The notes: generated from the sequence alone by a model not told the origin. A stretch of DNA of 64,000 nucleotides from Octopus sinensis (GCF_006345805.1 NC_042997.1:53134001-53198000); one strand, 5' to 3'; counted from the first letter of the stretch, positions 25,440-39,709 are shown. Made by a program: numbers and translations.

Positions 25440-26765
25440 TAAGCTATTGCATTAAAATATTCCATGTCTGATGTTCACTTTTCCAAGTCTTTGTTTTCCT
25501 CCAATCAATTCAGTATTCCAATGTTTCGTACTTTCATTAACCATTTTCTCCATATTTTCTACCTCTCCAAACATGTTCATTGTTTTACTTATCCAGCTGT
25601 ACAATACTGTGTCATATGCTCTTTTGTAATCTAACCATGCTACATTTAGTCCCATCAATTTGCACGTACAATTTCTAATTATCTAATTATCAATTAATAG
25701 TGGTCTTTTGTTGCCTTACTTTATTTCCTGCATCCTTTCTGCTCTTCTGGAAGTAGATTATAACTTTCTGGATGATTAGATAACTTTTTCACCAAGACAC
25801 TGGTCATAAGCTTGCACATAAGTGGTAAACAGGTTATAGGTAAAAAATCTGATGTCAAGTTACCTTTCAAGGGATCCTTGAGACATAACAGCATTTGTCC
25901 ACTTGTCATCCAGGTAGGGACATGACCATGTTACAGGCTTTCATCCAGTTGTGCTGCGATCCTTTCATGCTACTGTATAAAGTTCTTCAGCCAGTAGCCT
26001 TGTACTCCTTCCAAGCCAGGTCCTTTCTAATTTACTATTTTATTTTAAACTTCAGTCTCACTGTATATAGATTGATTCTGACCTCCTTTTCGTCTTGGCA
26101 CAACTGCAAGTTGTCTTTCCACCTGTTTTAGCCACTCTGCACTTTCTTAATGTCTCACTGACCTTTTTTTACAGTTCACTCCAAAATATTTTACTTTCTT
26201 TGACATCAGGAATCATTTCCTGATGTTGGTTCCCCTCTATTTTGTCAAAAAGATGCCTTCTATTTGATTGGAACAGTCTATTCTGTTCAAAGCTTTTGCA
26301 TCTAGTATCATATCTTTTCAGTTTGGCCTTTAATAATATCACCCTTAGTGACAATTCTTCATGTACTGTTTACTTCTCCCTTTCTTCTAACCTGTACTGT
26401 CCATTCAACCATCTGATTACTCACTCATTCTTGAGCTCTCCTCTCATTATCCTATTCTATTACCCCACTTTTTTCCGTATCTTTTCTGACTTCAGTCATA
26501 TTTTCTTCCTCCAGTTTAGTTCTTCCTTTTCATTTCCTTTAATTTCTTCAGTTTTCCACTTGTAGCCTACTATGTCAGCTACATCATTAGCAGCAGCTAT
26601 GATTAGCTGGTTTGTTCCACTGATGTTTTCTGTTCTAATCAAGCTCAAAATGTCATTTACTTTGGCTCTGGCTCTCCTTACTTTCCTTCTGTCCATATAT
26701 CTGACATTTGGTGGTACTTCATTGTTCCCATAACACATTTTACCTCACAACATTTCCAGAATCTC
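25440..26765 (-). mobile_element. R4/Dong-clade non-LTR retrotransposon, N-terminal and RT fragment, decayed
   Basis: ORF pieces ...PITCLPLMCKL...LPEEQKGCRK, VAWLDYKRAYD, and FEQNRLFQSNRR. Confidence 0.85.
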
Positions 26766-26821
26766 CTTCTCTTCATCATTCAAATCTTGTGCAGCAGTTG
26801 TTGTTATTATTATTATTATTA

Positions 26822-26854
<33 letters not shown>

Positions 26855-27027
26855 TATTATTATTTTTTTTTTCTTCTTTCAAATTTGCTTCCATTTCTTG
26901 ACGAGTGTCTTCCCGACTCCTAGGGCAAAGAAACTCATAGTATACATTGGTAGGCCATTAAACTAAACTCAATAATTTGTTCATTTTTTTTTTAAGTTAA
27001 ATTAAAATACATGGGTAGTAATAGTTC

Positions 27028-27105
<78 letters not shown>

Positions 27106-27111
27106 TATTAC

Positions 27112-27154
<43 letters not shown>

Positions 27155-27184
27155 TATTATTATTGTCTTTGCATAGCTTCTAAT

Positions 27185-27990
27185 GCTGGAGATGTACTAC
27201 GGTGTCAGCTGTTCATTACCAGTGAACCATCCAGAGTATTGGAGTGGTTCCAAGCAGTGCAGCTTTCTACAAGTGCTCCACCCTTATTGCAGCCCCTATT
27301 TGTTTCATGTACTTCTCAAGATTTTTACTCACTGTTCCCAGGGCTCTTACAATTATTGGTACTACTACCACCTTTTCAGCGACCACAACTGCTTAACCTC
27401 CTGAGCTAACCTGTCATATCTATCGACTTTCCTTTCTTCCTTATTGCATACATTGTTGTCAGCTGGGCATGCTATATCTATGATCCAGCATTGTTTGCTT
27501 TCTTTCTCAATTAACACTATGTCTGGTTTCCTATTCTCTATCTCATGGTCACACTGAATCATAAAATCCCATAGGATCTTTACATTATCATTTTCGATGA
27601 TGTCTTCGGGTTTATGTTTGTACCACTTTTTTACTCTGTCAGGTCCATATTTGTTGCAAAGTGTCCAATGGACAATCCTTACTATATTGTCATTATGTCT
27701 CTTATAGCCACTGGGCTAGTGGCGTACATTGACTGGTAATATGCCACACAGTTTCACCATTTTGTCCACAAATTCTGCACTTATCACTTTCTAATGTGTT
27801 GTCTATTCTGTATTTGATGTAATTTGTTCTTAGTGCTTGCTCTTGGGCAACACAGATTAGAGTCTCCATTTCTGGTTTTAAATCACTTTTAGTCATCCAT
27901 AGCCATCTTTTTTCTCTGTCTTCAACATCTCTATGTAATTGTCTATGCATTCTTTTCTTAATCCACCTATTTTCAGTTTCATTCATTCAT
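27185..27990 (-). mobile_element. R4/Dong-clade 3' fragment (CCHC zinc knuckle plus restriction-like endonuclease) with (TAA)n tail
   Basis: AQEQALRTN...KCRICG...ETVWHITSQC and RKPDIVLI...CWIIDIACP. The (TAA)n run at 27025-27165 lies directly 3'. Confidence 0.9.
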
Positions 27991-28320
27991 TCATTCATTC
28001 ATTATTATTGTTGTTGTTGTTGTTGTTGTTATTGTTGTTATTGTCGTCGTCATCATCATCATCATCATTATTATTATTATTATTATTATTAGAGCAGTAG
28101 ATTGGCAGAATTGTTAGAATATTGGAACAAATGCTTTACCTTGTTTGTTCCAACTCCTTACATTCTGAGTTCAAATCCTGATGAAACGAAGTTTGCCTTT
28201 TATCTTTTTGGGTCAATAAAATAAAATACCCATCAAGTGCTAGGTCAATCTATCAACTAGCCCCCACCCAACAAAGTGTTGGCCTTGTGTCTATAACAGA
28301 AAGAGTTATTATTATTATCA

Positions 28321-28419
<99 letters not shown>

Positions 28420-29395
28420 GTGGGATGGATTGGTAAGGGCATTGAACGAAACACATTGCAGCATTTAGTTATGACTCTTTACATTCGGAGTTCAAATAAT
28501 GTCAAGGTCAACTTAGCCTTTCATCCCTCTGGGGTTGATGAATTAAAGTACCTCTCAAACACTGGGTTTGATTATAATCATCTTATCCTCTCACCCCAAA
28601 TTTCCAGCCTTGTTAGAAAATAGTATTGTTTAAGTGATGAAAAGTTAAAAATAGATCATTATTGTTAATGGGTTTTGATAGGAAATCCAGAGATGTTGCT
28701 CTATGAACATTTAAAAATTACCATCAGTTTTGCTTGACTAGGAATGACTTTTTTTTCATTGATCTTATTGTCAGTTGCCTAGAACTAATCCACTGTCTTT
28801 CAGTGAATTTTTATCCTTTTCTGTCCTATTTTCCCCTTTCATAGAATCATTTGTCTTAAAATTTGGATCTCCAAAATTCACAATTTCTCTTTGAAATGCA
28901 AATATGGATCCTTAACATAAAATAATAAAGTTCACTGAGATTGAAAAAGGAAAAATATTAGATGCAAATAGTGAAAAAAGTGGAGCTAAAAAGCGGTTTA
29001 GCATTTTTTTTTTTGTGGTTAACAGCAGTGTTGCAAACATAGCACTATAAGCTTTCCAACTGAAAAATCTTTGAATAACATTGCTACTTACCATAGGAAA
29101 TTATTTACAACAAAATTTACAACAACAACTAAGTTAACAACAACTATGGCAACATCAAAAAACAACAGCATAAAATCAACAGCAACAACAGCCTAGATAA
29201 TTGTTTTTAATTTAGGCACAAGACCGACAGTTTTTCAAGAAGTCACACTAACACCAATACTTGTCTGGTTCTTTATTTTATTGACCCTGCAAGGTTCAAA
29301 GGCAAAGTTGACCTTGGTCAGGTTTGAACTTGGAATGTAAAGAGCTGGAAGAAATACTGCAAGGCATTTTGTCTGACACTGCAAAGCATACTGTT

Positions 29396-29783
29396 GTGGA
29401 AGCACTCCGTCGGTTACGACAACGAGGGTTCCGGTTGATCTGAATCAACGGAACAGCCTGCTCGTGAAATTAACGTGTAAGTGGCTGAGCACTCCACAGA
29501 CACGTGTACCCTTAACGTAGTTCTCGGGGATATTCAGCATGACACAGAGAGTGACAAGGCCGGCCCTTTGAAATACAGGTACAACAGAAACAGGAAGTAA
29601 GAGTGAGAGAAAGTTGTGGTGAAAGAGTACAGCAGGGATCACTACCATCCCCTGCCGGAGCCTCGTGGAGCTTTAGGTGTTTTCGCTCAATAAACACTCA
29701 CAACGCCCAGTCTGGGAATCGAAACCGCGATCCTATGACCGTGAGTCCGCTGCCATAACCACTGGGCTATTGCACCTCCACAT
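29396..29783 (-). mobile_element. SINE-like element with 13-bp TSD, adjacent to a family-A SINE
   Basis: aaagcatactgtt at 29383-29395 and 29784-29796, and a tRNA-like head (gggaatcgaaacc on plus). CpG-rich. Confidence 0.8.
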
Positions 29784-30992
29784 AAAGCATACTGTTATCC
29801 ACTACCCTTAACAACAAGCTAAAAACTGTAAACAACAATAATAATAGCAACAAAACAATGAAAGAGAAAATATATTTAGCCCATGCCACAAACCAATGGG
29901 CAACACATTTATTTGAGGGAAAGTCAGAAGGAATCAAAAAGTATGGGAATGATATTCTATGCCCTGGAGTGATGTCACTTTTGAGCCAAAGAAATAATAA
30001 ACACTCAGAAAAGGTTCAATCTCTACACTTGCATAAATTGTAGACACTGAAAACTATATTACTCATCTGCAGTCAAAATTCAGGAGTCTACACAGAAAAA
30101 AACAATAATGGATAATGAGAACTATTTGTAGGGAATAGAAAACTTAAGAAGGTTTTTCATCCTTTTCGGGTTGATAAAATAAGTATGAATTGATCATTGG
30201 AGTTAATCTAGTTGACTTATCCACTTTCCCTAAAATCACTGTCTCTGGGCCAAAATTTGAAACCATTATTAGTATTATTGTTGTTGTTATTTTAGAAATA
30301 ATTTTTATTATTGCTGTTGCTGTTGTTATTTGAGTGATGGAGTAAGGGAACCATTAAATGATTGACTAAATGCCTTTTGAGTGATGGAGTGTACTGTTAA
30401 ATTTCCTGTACATTCTGAGTTCAAATACTGTTACAATTAACTTTGCCTTTTATTTTCAAGGAAGTTGATAAAATAGTAAAATCCCAGTCAAGTAAGGGTG
30501 TTTTAATTAACTATAGTTTCCCACCACTTTTGATGTGCGACCTTGTTCATTGACCAGAAATCTTTATTAATATTATTGTTGTTGTTTTGGGCTGTGATGG
30601 AGTGGCAGAACTGGGAATTGTCAGATTAAATAACCTCTTGTGATATTTAGTTACATGCATACCTCAATTTAATGGATCAGTCGGTTTCAAATGTCCGATC
30701 ATTAAGTGAGAGAGTGAGAGGCTAAGTCACATAGAAATATTGTTGTAATGCATTCTCATGGAGGAGATTTGAAGTAAGAAAATTTTAAAATGTTAAATAA
30801 AAAGCAAAACAACAGCATAGGCATGACCAATGATTTGATTAAATGAATAATGTTTTTGCTCATTGTGGGTTTATCACTCAATGTGAATTTGTCACTTGTG
30901 TTTGATTCACTCGAGGAAGAAATAATCATTCTTTCCTTTATAAATCTACCAAGAATTCCTTTCTTCAGTTAGGGTTTTCTTTGTTTTGTTTT

Positions 30993-31945
30993 TTACTTCT
31001 GCCAAGGAAGGAGGTTATGTTTTCATTGGCATTGGTTTGTCTGTCTGTGTGCAAAATAACTTAAAAAGTTGTGAACAGTATTTGATGAAACTTGCAAGAA
31101 AAGTTGGTAATGACACAAGGAACAGATGATGAAATTTTGGTAGTGATCCGGGAATTTTTATGGATTCTTGAAGGACTTTTCATTTGTTATATTTACTTTA
31201 CATGAAGTATTACAATATTATATTCTTTGATTATCTCTCTTGAAAACACGTTCATCGTTTCCACGTAACTTATGATGGCGTTGCTGTTTCCAAAGTTTAT
31301 TTTCGTTTCTCTATTACTAATTTTACTTGCATATCTATCTTAAAATGAGCTGCTTGGCGGAGGTCTGTGGAGGATGACATGACAAGCCTTGACTATTGGG
31401 ATCAACTGAAAAGGCTCAGGCTTTGCTCCCTCCACTACCGCTGTGAGCTCTATATCATCTGTATGATGTGGAAAATATTCCATCAACATTGCCCATCTTT
31501 AAAATTCGTCCAAGGCTTGGCCCCCGTGCCCTCCATCCACTACATAAAAGTTTGTGTCATATCACAACACTATGACAGAACTATTCCACCTCAATTGGCC
31601 CTGCTCTCTTCAACATTGTGCCATGAAAGAGGAAAGTGACTTCACAGCATTCAAACAATCCCTAGATGATTACCCCCAACAAATACCAGATAAACCACCC
31701 ACACCCAGATATGTCTCTGAAAACAATAACCCTCTGCTTGAATGGGCTATGGTTCCCCAGAGCTGACTGTGTATCTTTTCCAGGTGGTGCTATTAAATTA
31801 GACATGGCCGCAGTCAACTTCAGCTGAAACTTATCTAAGTAATCTAATCTATGTTATAACCTTTTAATCAAAGCATGACAACATGGGTATAGGGTGGAAA
31901 TTAGCTGCTTGGCGGAGGTCTGCACTCTCCGAGTGCTTTTCTATT
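30993..31945 (+). mobile_element. Helentron-associated (HINE/DINE-1-like) non-autonomous element
   Basis: 5' ttacttctgccaaggaaggagg is inverted relative to the subterminal cttggcggagg. A 3' hairpin gcactc..gagtgc is followed by a T-run. Confidence 0.65.
31368..31845 (+). mobile_element. CR1/L2-type LINE 3' fragment inside the Helentron element
   Basis: LDYWDQLKRLRLCSL.YR.E.YII.MMWKI resembles the CR1-group ORF2 end (LSY.ERL..L.L.SL..RR.R...I..WKI). Confidence 0.65.
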
Positions 31946-32215
31946 TAGATCTGTAGCAATTCTTTTACTTCATTTAGAATTTGAATGTTGAAGTTTGAAA
32001 ATCTCAGTTATTTTTTGAGTATGTGAAAAGGCTCCCTTTGAGCCCTTTGTGAGGGCAGAAATAAAAAAGGAGTTTCTACTGTTAAACTTTCTTCAATGTT
32101 TTCATAATGGTTGGGCTCATGATCGTAAGGTCATGGGTTAAATTCCCCCACCAGACATTGAATCCTCAAGCAAGGTATTTTATTTTATGCTGTTCCAATT
32201 TACTCAGCTGGTGCA

Positions 32216-32251
<36 letters not shown>

Positions 32252-33169
32252 GCTGTCACATCTCTGATGTTCTGCTGGGTGGAGAGTAGGAGAGTTAAGA
32301 AGGTGTTAATGTCTTATGACTTCATAGATACCTAAAACAACCAGTGAAAGTGTGATACAAGTGACCCGGTCATATTCATTTGCAAGCAATGTATCAACTT
32401 TTAATGAATTGATTCAAATGTTTTACGACTAAAGAGTATTGGGGAGAACATAAATACAGTATGTGTGCTCAGCACCACCATGTAAACTAACTGAATGAAC
32501 AAACTCGTATACATTTACTATCAAGGTGCATTGTAGTAATTAAACTTTTAAAGCAACTGTTCTGAATGCTTAGTATATATTTTGCTCAAGTAACTTTAAT
32601 TTTTAGAATTAAAAAGCAATCATTAAAGTGGCATGTAGTTAAGTGGGAGATTGTTAAACAAAGTATTGCTGCCTGTTGCTTTATACTTTACGCTCAAGTC
32701 TTGCTGGAATTTTCATTGCTTTTCAGGTTTCAGAAGATATTCATAACGTACTAACTTCAATTTTATTGACTACTTCTCTGTACACATTTGTAATCTTGTA
32801 GTAAAATTAGAAATCAATATTATTATTGGCAGCAAGACAGTAGTATTTTTAGCATGTAGGCAAAATGTTTAGTAGCATTTTGTCCGTCTTTATGTTCTGA
32901 GTTGAAATTTCCATGAGGTTGACTTTACCTTTCATCCTTTTGGGGTTAATACAATAAGTACCAGTTGAGCTCTGGGGTTGATGTAATTGACTTACTCCCT
33001 CCCCAAATTTTGAAACCAATATTATTATTGTAGTTTTTGCTGAGGTGGCAAATCAATATAACTGTAATTATTTTTCTTAACCTAAAAAACACAAATGTCA
33101 AACTCAGCTACTCTGTCTCACAGCATACTTTCCTCAGGTGTTACACCATTTTAATTTGTTAAAGGAAAG

Positions 33170-33720
33170 TTTCAATCCAGGGATTGAGAGTGCCTAAAAG
33201 TCTCGACAACAACTTGTGCAAAAAGAAATCTTTCTGTCAATAACTCATACTTTGTCATATTCCATTCTTCTGCATAGTGAGTAGCTGTTCCCAGACTTAT
33301 GGCCAAAGAAACAAAGTTAATTCTAGAAGATGTGTCACTGTTTGCGATGTCCATATCAACAGCTTGCCATTCTAAATAAGGTTGCAGTTGTGGAAGAAAA
33401 TAGCAGTATTGAGGCCTTTTTTAACATTGTTTAGCACAGCATGGTGAAGTAAACATCCCACATTGACAATCAGAAAGTGACAGTAGCTTTTATGTAACTG
33501 ACACATGCAGAAACTGAGGCACTGAACAACTCCAAAGTATTTGCACACATTAAGGAGGGTAAGGCTGCTAGTTGACAAAGAAGGTACTGTGTTGAACCAG
33601 TCACCACTGTTTGGTTTTGAGGTAGTCTGGAGGCAAGTGAAATATTGTTGGTCAAATGATGATTGAACCCTTGTGCTGGTGGATTTATGTTTGATCCTAG
33701 TTATGTTGGTTGGCTGTATA
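33170..33720 (-). mobile_element. Decayed CRE-like (RLE-type) non-LTR retrotransposon 3' region
   Basis: Frames give PNSGDWFNTVPS and MDIANSDT...AEEWNMTKY...RFLFAQVVVETF, echoing the SG.WL...P and WDVT..DT...AE..K..KY...F.P.AVET motifs. Multiple frameshifts. Confidence 0.55.
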
Positions 33721-34160
33721 CTCTGAAGGACAATGAGGTCCCAATCACCAATTCAGGCAGTTCACACAGTCTTATGGTTTACTTAGGACAAAATACAAAC
33801 AAATAGAAATGGGGTTGACATCAAATAAAAAAGACCACCACAATAAAAATTTCAACAAGAAAAGTTCCCATAAAAAGAAGGAGGTCTACCTTCTTACAAA
33901 AGCCTAAATTTCTCTGCCATGTCCAAGATATCCTTTCCTAGTTTTTCTGTTTTCAAATTCTACCAGGGTAAATTTTGCCTTTCATCTCTCTGGGTTTGAT
34001 ATAATACAGAGAACTTATGTACAAGCACACACTATTATTATTAAATGCATTTCAGTTTGGCTGCATCAGCTTTGTTTACCAAACATAATATAATATATAT
34101 TTCCAGGGTGCATGAAATTTGAAAGTATTTACTATGATTTCCAGTATGAGTTTCCTTATA

Positions 34161-35472
34161 CAGGGTGGTATATGGAAAAGTAGTCTGGATTCTGTTGCAT
34201 AGTGTAAATACAGAAATGAATTTATAAGTGCTGGAAGGGACACACCATCATAGAAGATTTTGAAAATAGTTACCTGCAGCATCAATATACAGCTATGTTT
34301 ATTTACACCCAATGTAAAATAGTGATGTCAATGGTGGTTCCTGTATTATGTGCAGATTTTTTCATATGTTGTGCTCTTTATGTGTTCCAGAGATAATTAT
34401 ACATGTCAGGAGAACGTGGTGGTCACAAATTTTTGATAACCGTGTGTTCCTCAGAGAATATACCATGGACTTGCTGCATGCACACTGGAAAAGTGTGGTA
34501 AGTCACCCTGTCCTGCTGGAAGAAGTACACTTGTCTTCCAAGTTCAGTGAGTTGAGCACAAAATTGGTCCAAAATGTTCATGTAGACCTCTGTGTTGACA
34601 GTACTGTCAAAAAATATTGATCCAATGATACGTGTCCCTGAAACAGCACACCAAACACTGTTTTTTTATTGTGAAGTGACTCCTCATACAAATGGTGAGG
34701 ATTCTCCACTGCCCAGTACCATGTGTTTTGTGGATTTACATAGCTGAAGAGATGAAACTATGGTTCATCACTCATTATATTCCAGAATAGGTGTGGCTCA
34801 CCATTAGCAATGCTATTCAGAAGTCATGTTCTGTAATTTACTTGTTTATTCTTGTCATCCACTTTTAATTGTTTTACACAGGTGAAATGATATGGTTTCA
34901 ACTTGAAACTTTTTGATATCCGTTGGCATGACCTCCTCCTTATGTGAGACTGCTGTACCAATTTATGTGTTGACTTCTTTGGAATTTGAGTAATCCTTTG
35001 CTTAATGTCCTGAATAACTTCTGGCCTTTGAACTGTAGGGTATCTTTGTTTTGGGGTGTTGTGCGCTGACCCTGTAGTGCACCACTTCTTAACCAGCATT
35101 TATATCATTCTCTTTGCTGGTAAGCCTTTACCTGGAAACTTGACTTCAAAACATTTGTGCATTTGCTTAACAGAACCTGTTCTCACATACACTTCCACAT
35201 TCTCCACTCATTCTGCTATCAAGTATTTCATCTTGCAGAAAAGGCTAGAAATGCTCATTCAGTGTCATCTTACAATCAACTAATGTGGTGAGGGTGCACT
35301 GAGGGTAACATAGCAAATAGTCGACTTGTGCGCCATCTTTGTTCAGCAGTTAGAACTGGTGAAAATAACACAATGACAAATGAAAGACTGGGTGCTTTTT
35401 CATGTGTGTAAATATATTTCTGTATTTACACTATGCTACAGAATCCAGGCTACTTTTCTGTGTGCCACTCTG
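34161..35472 (-). mobile_element. Full-length decayed Tc1/mariner DNA transposon (1,312 bp)
   Basis: About 55-bp TIRs (CAGGGTGGtatatggAAAAGTAGtCTGGATTCTGT... / ...ACAGAATCCAGGCTACTTTTctgtgtgCCACTCTG), TA on both sides, HTH-like ORF 34824..35099, and a WPPRSPD motif with W mutated to stop near 34425. Confidence 0.92.
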
Positions 35473-35901
35473 TATATTGTAGTGTGTATGTTACCCCTAA
35501 CAATAATTTGTTTTTATGTGTTGTGTTAATATACTGACTATTTGTGTTAATGTTAGAAAGTCTGAGAATAAATCTTTGGAATATCGATATTTTGTATGCA
35601 ATTTGGGAACATAATTTATGTATTTAAAGTCTTTAATTATATCTAGGAACATGACTTGTACACAGCTCAGATTACCTAGCTATTGTACCTGTAACAGGCT
35701 GACATTCTGTTTAAAAGCACATTCATAGGTCAACCATTTCACATTACTGAATCTGTAATTATGCATCTGATTTAAGAGCTACTGTGGATCATACTAACTT
35801 TGCTTGTATTTTTTTAGCTGAGACCAATAAAATAAAGTACCAGTCAAATACTGGGATCATTGGCTCTTTGAGATTGCTGACCTTGCACCTAAATTAGAAG
35901 C

Positions 35902-35946
<45 letters not shown>

Positions 35947-36159
35947 GGTGGCAAGCTGGCAGAATTGTGAGCATGCTAGGTGAAATGCTTAGCAGTATTT
36001 TCTTTGCCATTACGTTCTGAGTTCAAATTCCACTGAGGTTGACTTTGCCTTTCATCCTTTTGGGGGTCAATAAAATAAGTACCAGTTGAATACTGAGGTC
36101 AAAGTAATCAAGTCATCCCCTCCCCACTAAATGACTACCCTTGTGGCAAAATTTGAAAC

Positions 36160-36219
<60 letters not shown>

Positions 36220-37049
36220 ATTATAAACAACAACACTTTCAGATACAGAGAAAACAAGCACATGATATTACTCAAAATAATCAAATCATCAACAAACATT
36301 TTCACCTATACTTTGTGTTTCTTTGCTTGCTACTCTTTTCCCGCTATGCAGGAATTACCATTAACTATTAACAATTAATTTTCACTTTCATCCTTTTGTA
36401 GTCTGTAAAAAAAAGTACCAGTTGAGCATTGGAGTGGATAGGCAGTCTCATTAGAGCAGCAGACAAAATACCTTGCAGTTTTTCTTCCAGTTCTTTATGT
36501 TCTGGTTTCAAATTGCATTGAGTTGAACTTTGTCTTTTATCTCTTCAAGTACTTGGATCAGTGGTACACTCTGCCTCAAAATTGTAGGCCTTGTTCCAAA
36601 TTTAGAAATAGTTTTGCCTTTCATCCTTTCATGGTGGATAAAATAAAGTATCAGTCAAGTACTATTGTCAGTGTAATTGACCAAGCCCCCTCCTACTAAG
36701 ATTGTTGGCTTGTGCCAAAAATTATTATTATTATTATTAATATTGTGTTTGGAGGTGAATAAACATGGCAACATCAACATATAGCTCCATTAAGCATTTG
36801 GATTTTACTGTATTTGCACTTAAGGGAATTCTATTTTGTGCCTGTCACATGTACTTTGGGATGAAGAATAAAGGATTTATCCTTGAACAAGATTTTATGT
36901 GTGTGTGTGTGTGCGTGCACATGCGCACGCATATGTGTGCATGTGTGTATGAATGATCAAGCCCTCAAATATATCAAAGCTGATTGGGTTAGAGAGTTTT
37001 GTCAATACACTGCAAACCTCAAACTTAAGTGATGAGATACATATGAAAC

Positions 37050-38330
37050 CCATACATTAGAATCATAATTCAAGAAATTCGTGTACTAGATACAATCAAA
37101 GGCTTTGTTTTTGAAAAGGCAATGACATTACTTTTAACCTTCAAGAGAATGGGACTTCTGATGAGTTATAGAGAGAAGGATACAAGTACATTTTGCTTTA
37201 TGGATGTCATACTGGTGATAATGAGAAAGGAAAGGGACTCCACGTGTTAGGGATGTTTATTGCAGTAGAATCTCTTCAGAAAAGTGATTGAAACAGAGCA
37301 ATAGTCCAGTAATTATTTAGGCTAGAGAAGTCTTTCTTGAGAATAAGTCACTGGACCATATTTAGAAAGATTGAAATATATCTCTATGGAGAAAGAAAGA
37401 TTGAAGTTTGGCTAGGAAAACAGATACCTCTAGAATGCAGTCAGTGACTGTAGGTTTGTTAGTTTGAAGAGAGTAGAGTGTGGTGATGAGCAGTCTTTCT
37501 CTGTAAAATTACAGCATTTAGAACCATGTTGGTTGTGAACAGTGCATAAGAAGATTCTGTAAAATTTGTATAGAGATCCTCTTGACAAAAGACCAAAAGT
37601 ACTGGTGCTTACTGAGTATTACAAGAATTTATAACTTGTAGTGAACAAGTGAGTTGATGTAGAGTTTTTCTATAATTTGTAGCTTGTATATTTTATTCAT
37701 CTTACCATTTGAGGGTTGAGGGAGAAATGTGAAGACATACTTAAAATGATGGTATCTGTCACCTACTTAGCTAGGTCAAGGGCAAAGAATATTTGCAATT
37801 ACAGGTGTCATAAAAACTTACAAAGCTTTGATGAACTAGCTGACTTTAGATGCCATAGATTTTAAGAGGCAAGTGTATTACATGTAGCTTTATGGCATTG
37901 AACAACCAAAGAATTTGACCCAAAAGAAAGGAAATGAGCCAAAAGCAAAGGTATGGTAAAACTAATGAAGGGGAATGCCTCTCTCTAATTCCAGGAGGAC
38001 ATGGGTTTCTTTGTTATGCAAAGTACTGAGTAGCTAATAGAAATGATGAAGAGGACATTGTGAAAACTGAGTGTAAAGAAATAGGAAAAGAATTCAAAAA
38101 ACAGATAACAGACTGTGGGTGTCTTTTTTTATCATTAGTCTATTATTGTCTGAGACTGGAATATTCAGTGGATATGAGGTACTTTATACCTCATCTCGCA
38201 AAGAGGATTATCATAAGCAATTTTGGATAAACGATGTTCCAATATGGGGAGTGAAAAGTAGTTGTAGTCATGGGGTCCTTTAATTTAACCTAGATAGTGG
38301 ATACTTGTCGTAGGTGCAGGTAAGTTGCTC
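37050..38330 (-). mobile_element. Highly decayed LINE ORF2 fragment (endonuclease/linker region)
   Basis: Minus-strand FWSFVKR-like motif near 37585. No long ORF. Confidence 0.4.
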
Positions 38331-39239
38331 TTGTTTTGTTTACACACACACCCACATGCACACACACACAAACATGTGTACATATAAATATGTGAGTGTG
38401 TTGTAGATAACAAGATATCAAATAACTTAATAGATGCATGCAATGAGTACCAAGGTTGAATTAATGCCTAAACACCAGTGTTAAGTACTGGATTGTGATA
38501 TTTATCTAAATGAAAATTGGCTATAGGCAATATATCAGTTGAGCTGCTTTAGGTATAATGGAAGAAAAGCATAAACAGGTAGTTAATAGGTATGAAATTG
38601 ACTTATGATATATATATGTATACTTATATATACCTATATAACATATTGAAGAAACATGAATGAACATAAATAATTAAAATATATATGTTGAACCGTTGAA
38701 CCGTCCAACCCATGCTAGCATGGAAAGCGGATGTTAAACGATGATGATGATGATGACGATGATGTAGCAGAAACTCAGGGAATATGGATTGTGAAAAGTT
38801 CATAATAGTTCAAATGTAGACGGGTGTATTTCAGGATAAGAAAGAAATGAAGTCCATCGTGATGATGAAACTTACTTCGGTTAAGAGATCAATGGTGACA
38901 CTGGTAAAAAAACTTTGGAATTGATGGTAAAGGTTTGCAAGTAGTACTATACAGCTACTATGGTAGCATGATTGATGCAGATCTTTGCATATTGTCTGCA
39001 GCACCAAAGGTTAGTTGCAACCTATACCATCATAAGAAGAACAATGGGAGTTATAATAGCCATTAATATATATATATACATGGTCAGCTCCTCTCAAACT
39101 GTTCAACCCATGCCAACATTGAAAACAGATGATGATGATGGTATATATGGTGGTGTATGGGAACATGCAAAACACATCGAGTATGCATGGATATAATGTT
39201 TACAACACTCGCACTGCTTTTAATTCATAACAGAATATA

Positions 39240-39270
<31 letters not shown>

Positions 39271-39709
39271 GCAGTTATGCCTGAATATACAACTTAATTT
39301 GTCCCTGGAGGTCACTCGCAAAGTGAAGACTCATAAAGCAGAGTAGTAATTTCCTATAGTAGCAATGAAATTTTATGCCATCATTTTACTCTGTTGCTGT
39401 GTAGACTCATCAGAACTTGTGTTGCCACATGTTGGAACATTGCCACTCACACAAAATGGCTGTTTAACCTTTCATATTTATAATAAAATAAAACTCATAA
39501 ATCCAGAGTAAAGTGAGGTATTATGGTATAAATATATATATATACTTGCATTTCTGTCCAATAAGTTATATGAATATAAATGTTATGAATTGATTTCATT
39601 CCTGTTGATAATATGCATTATATATATATAATAATAATTAATATATTATATATATAATAATTAATATATATATATATATATATAAATATATATATAATAT
39701 ACATATAAT

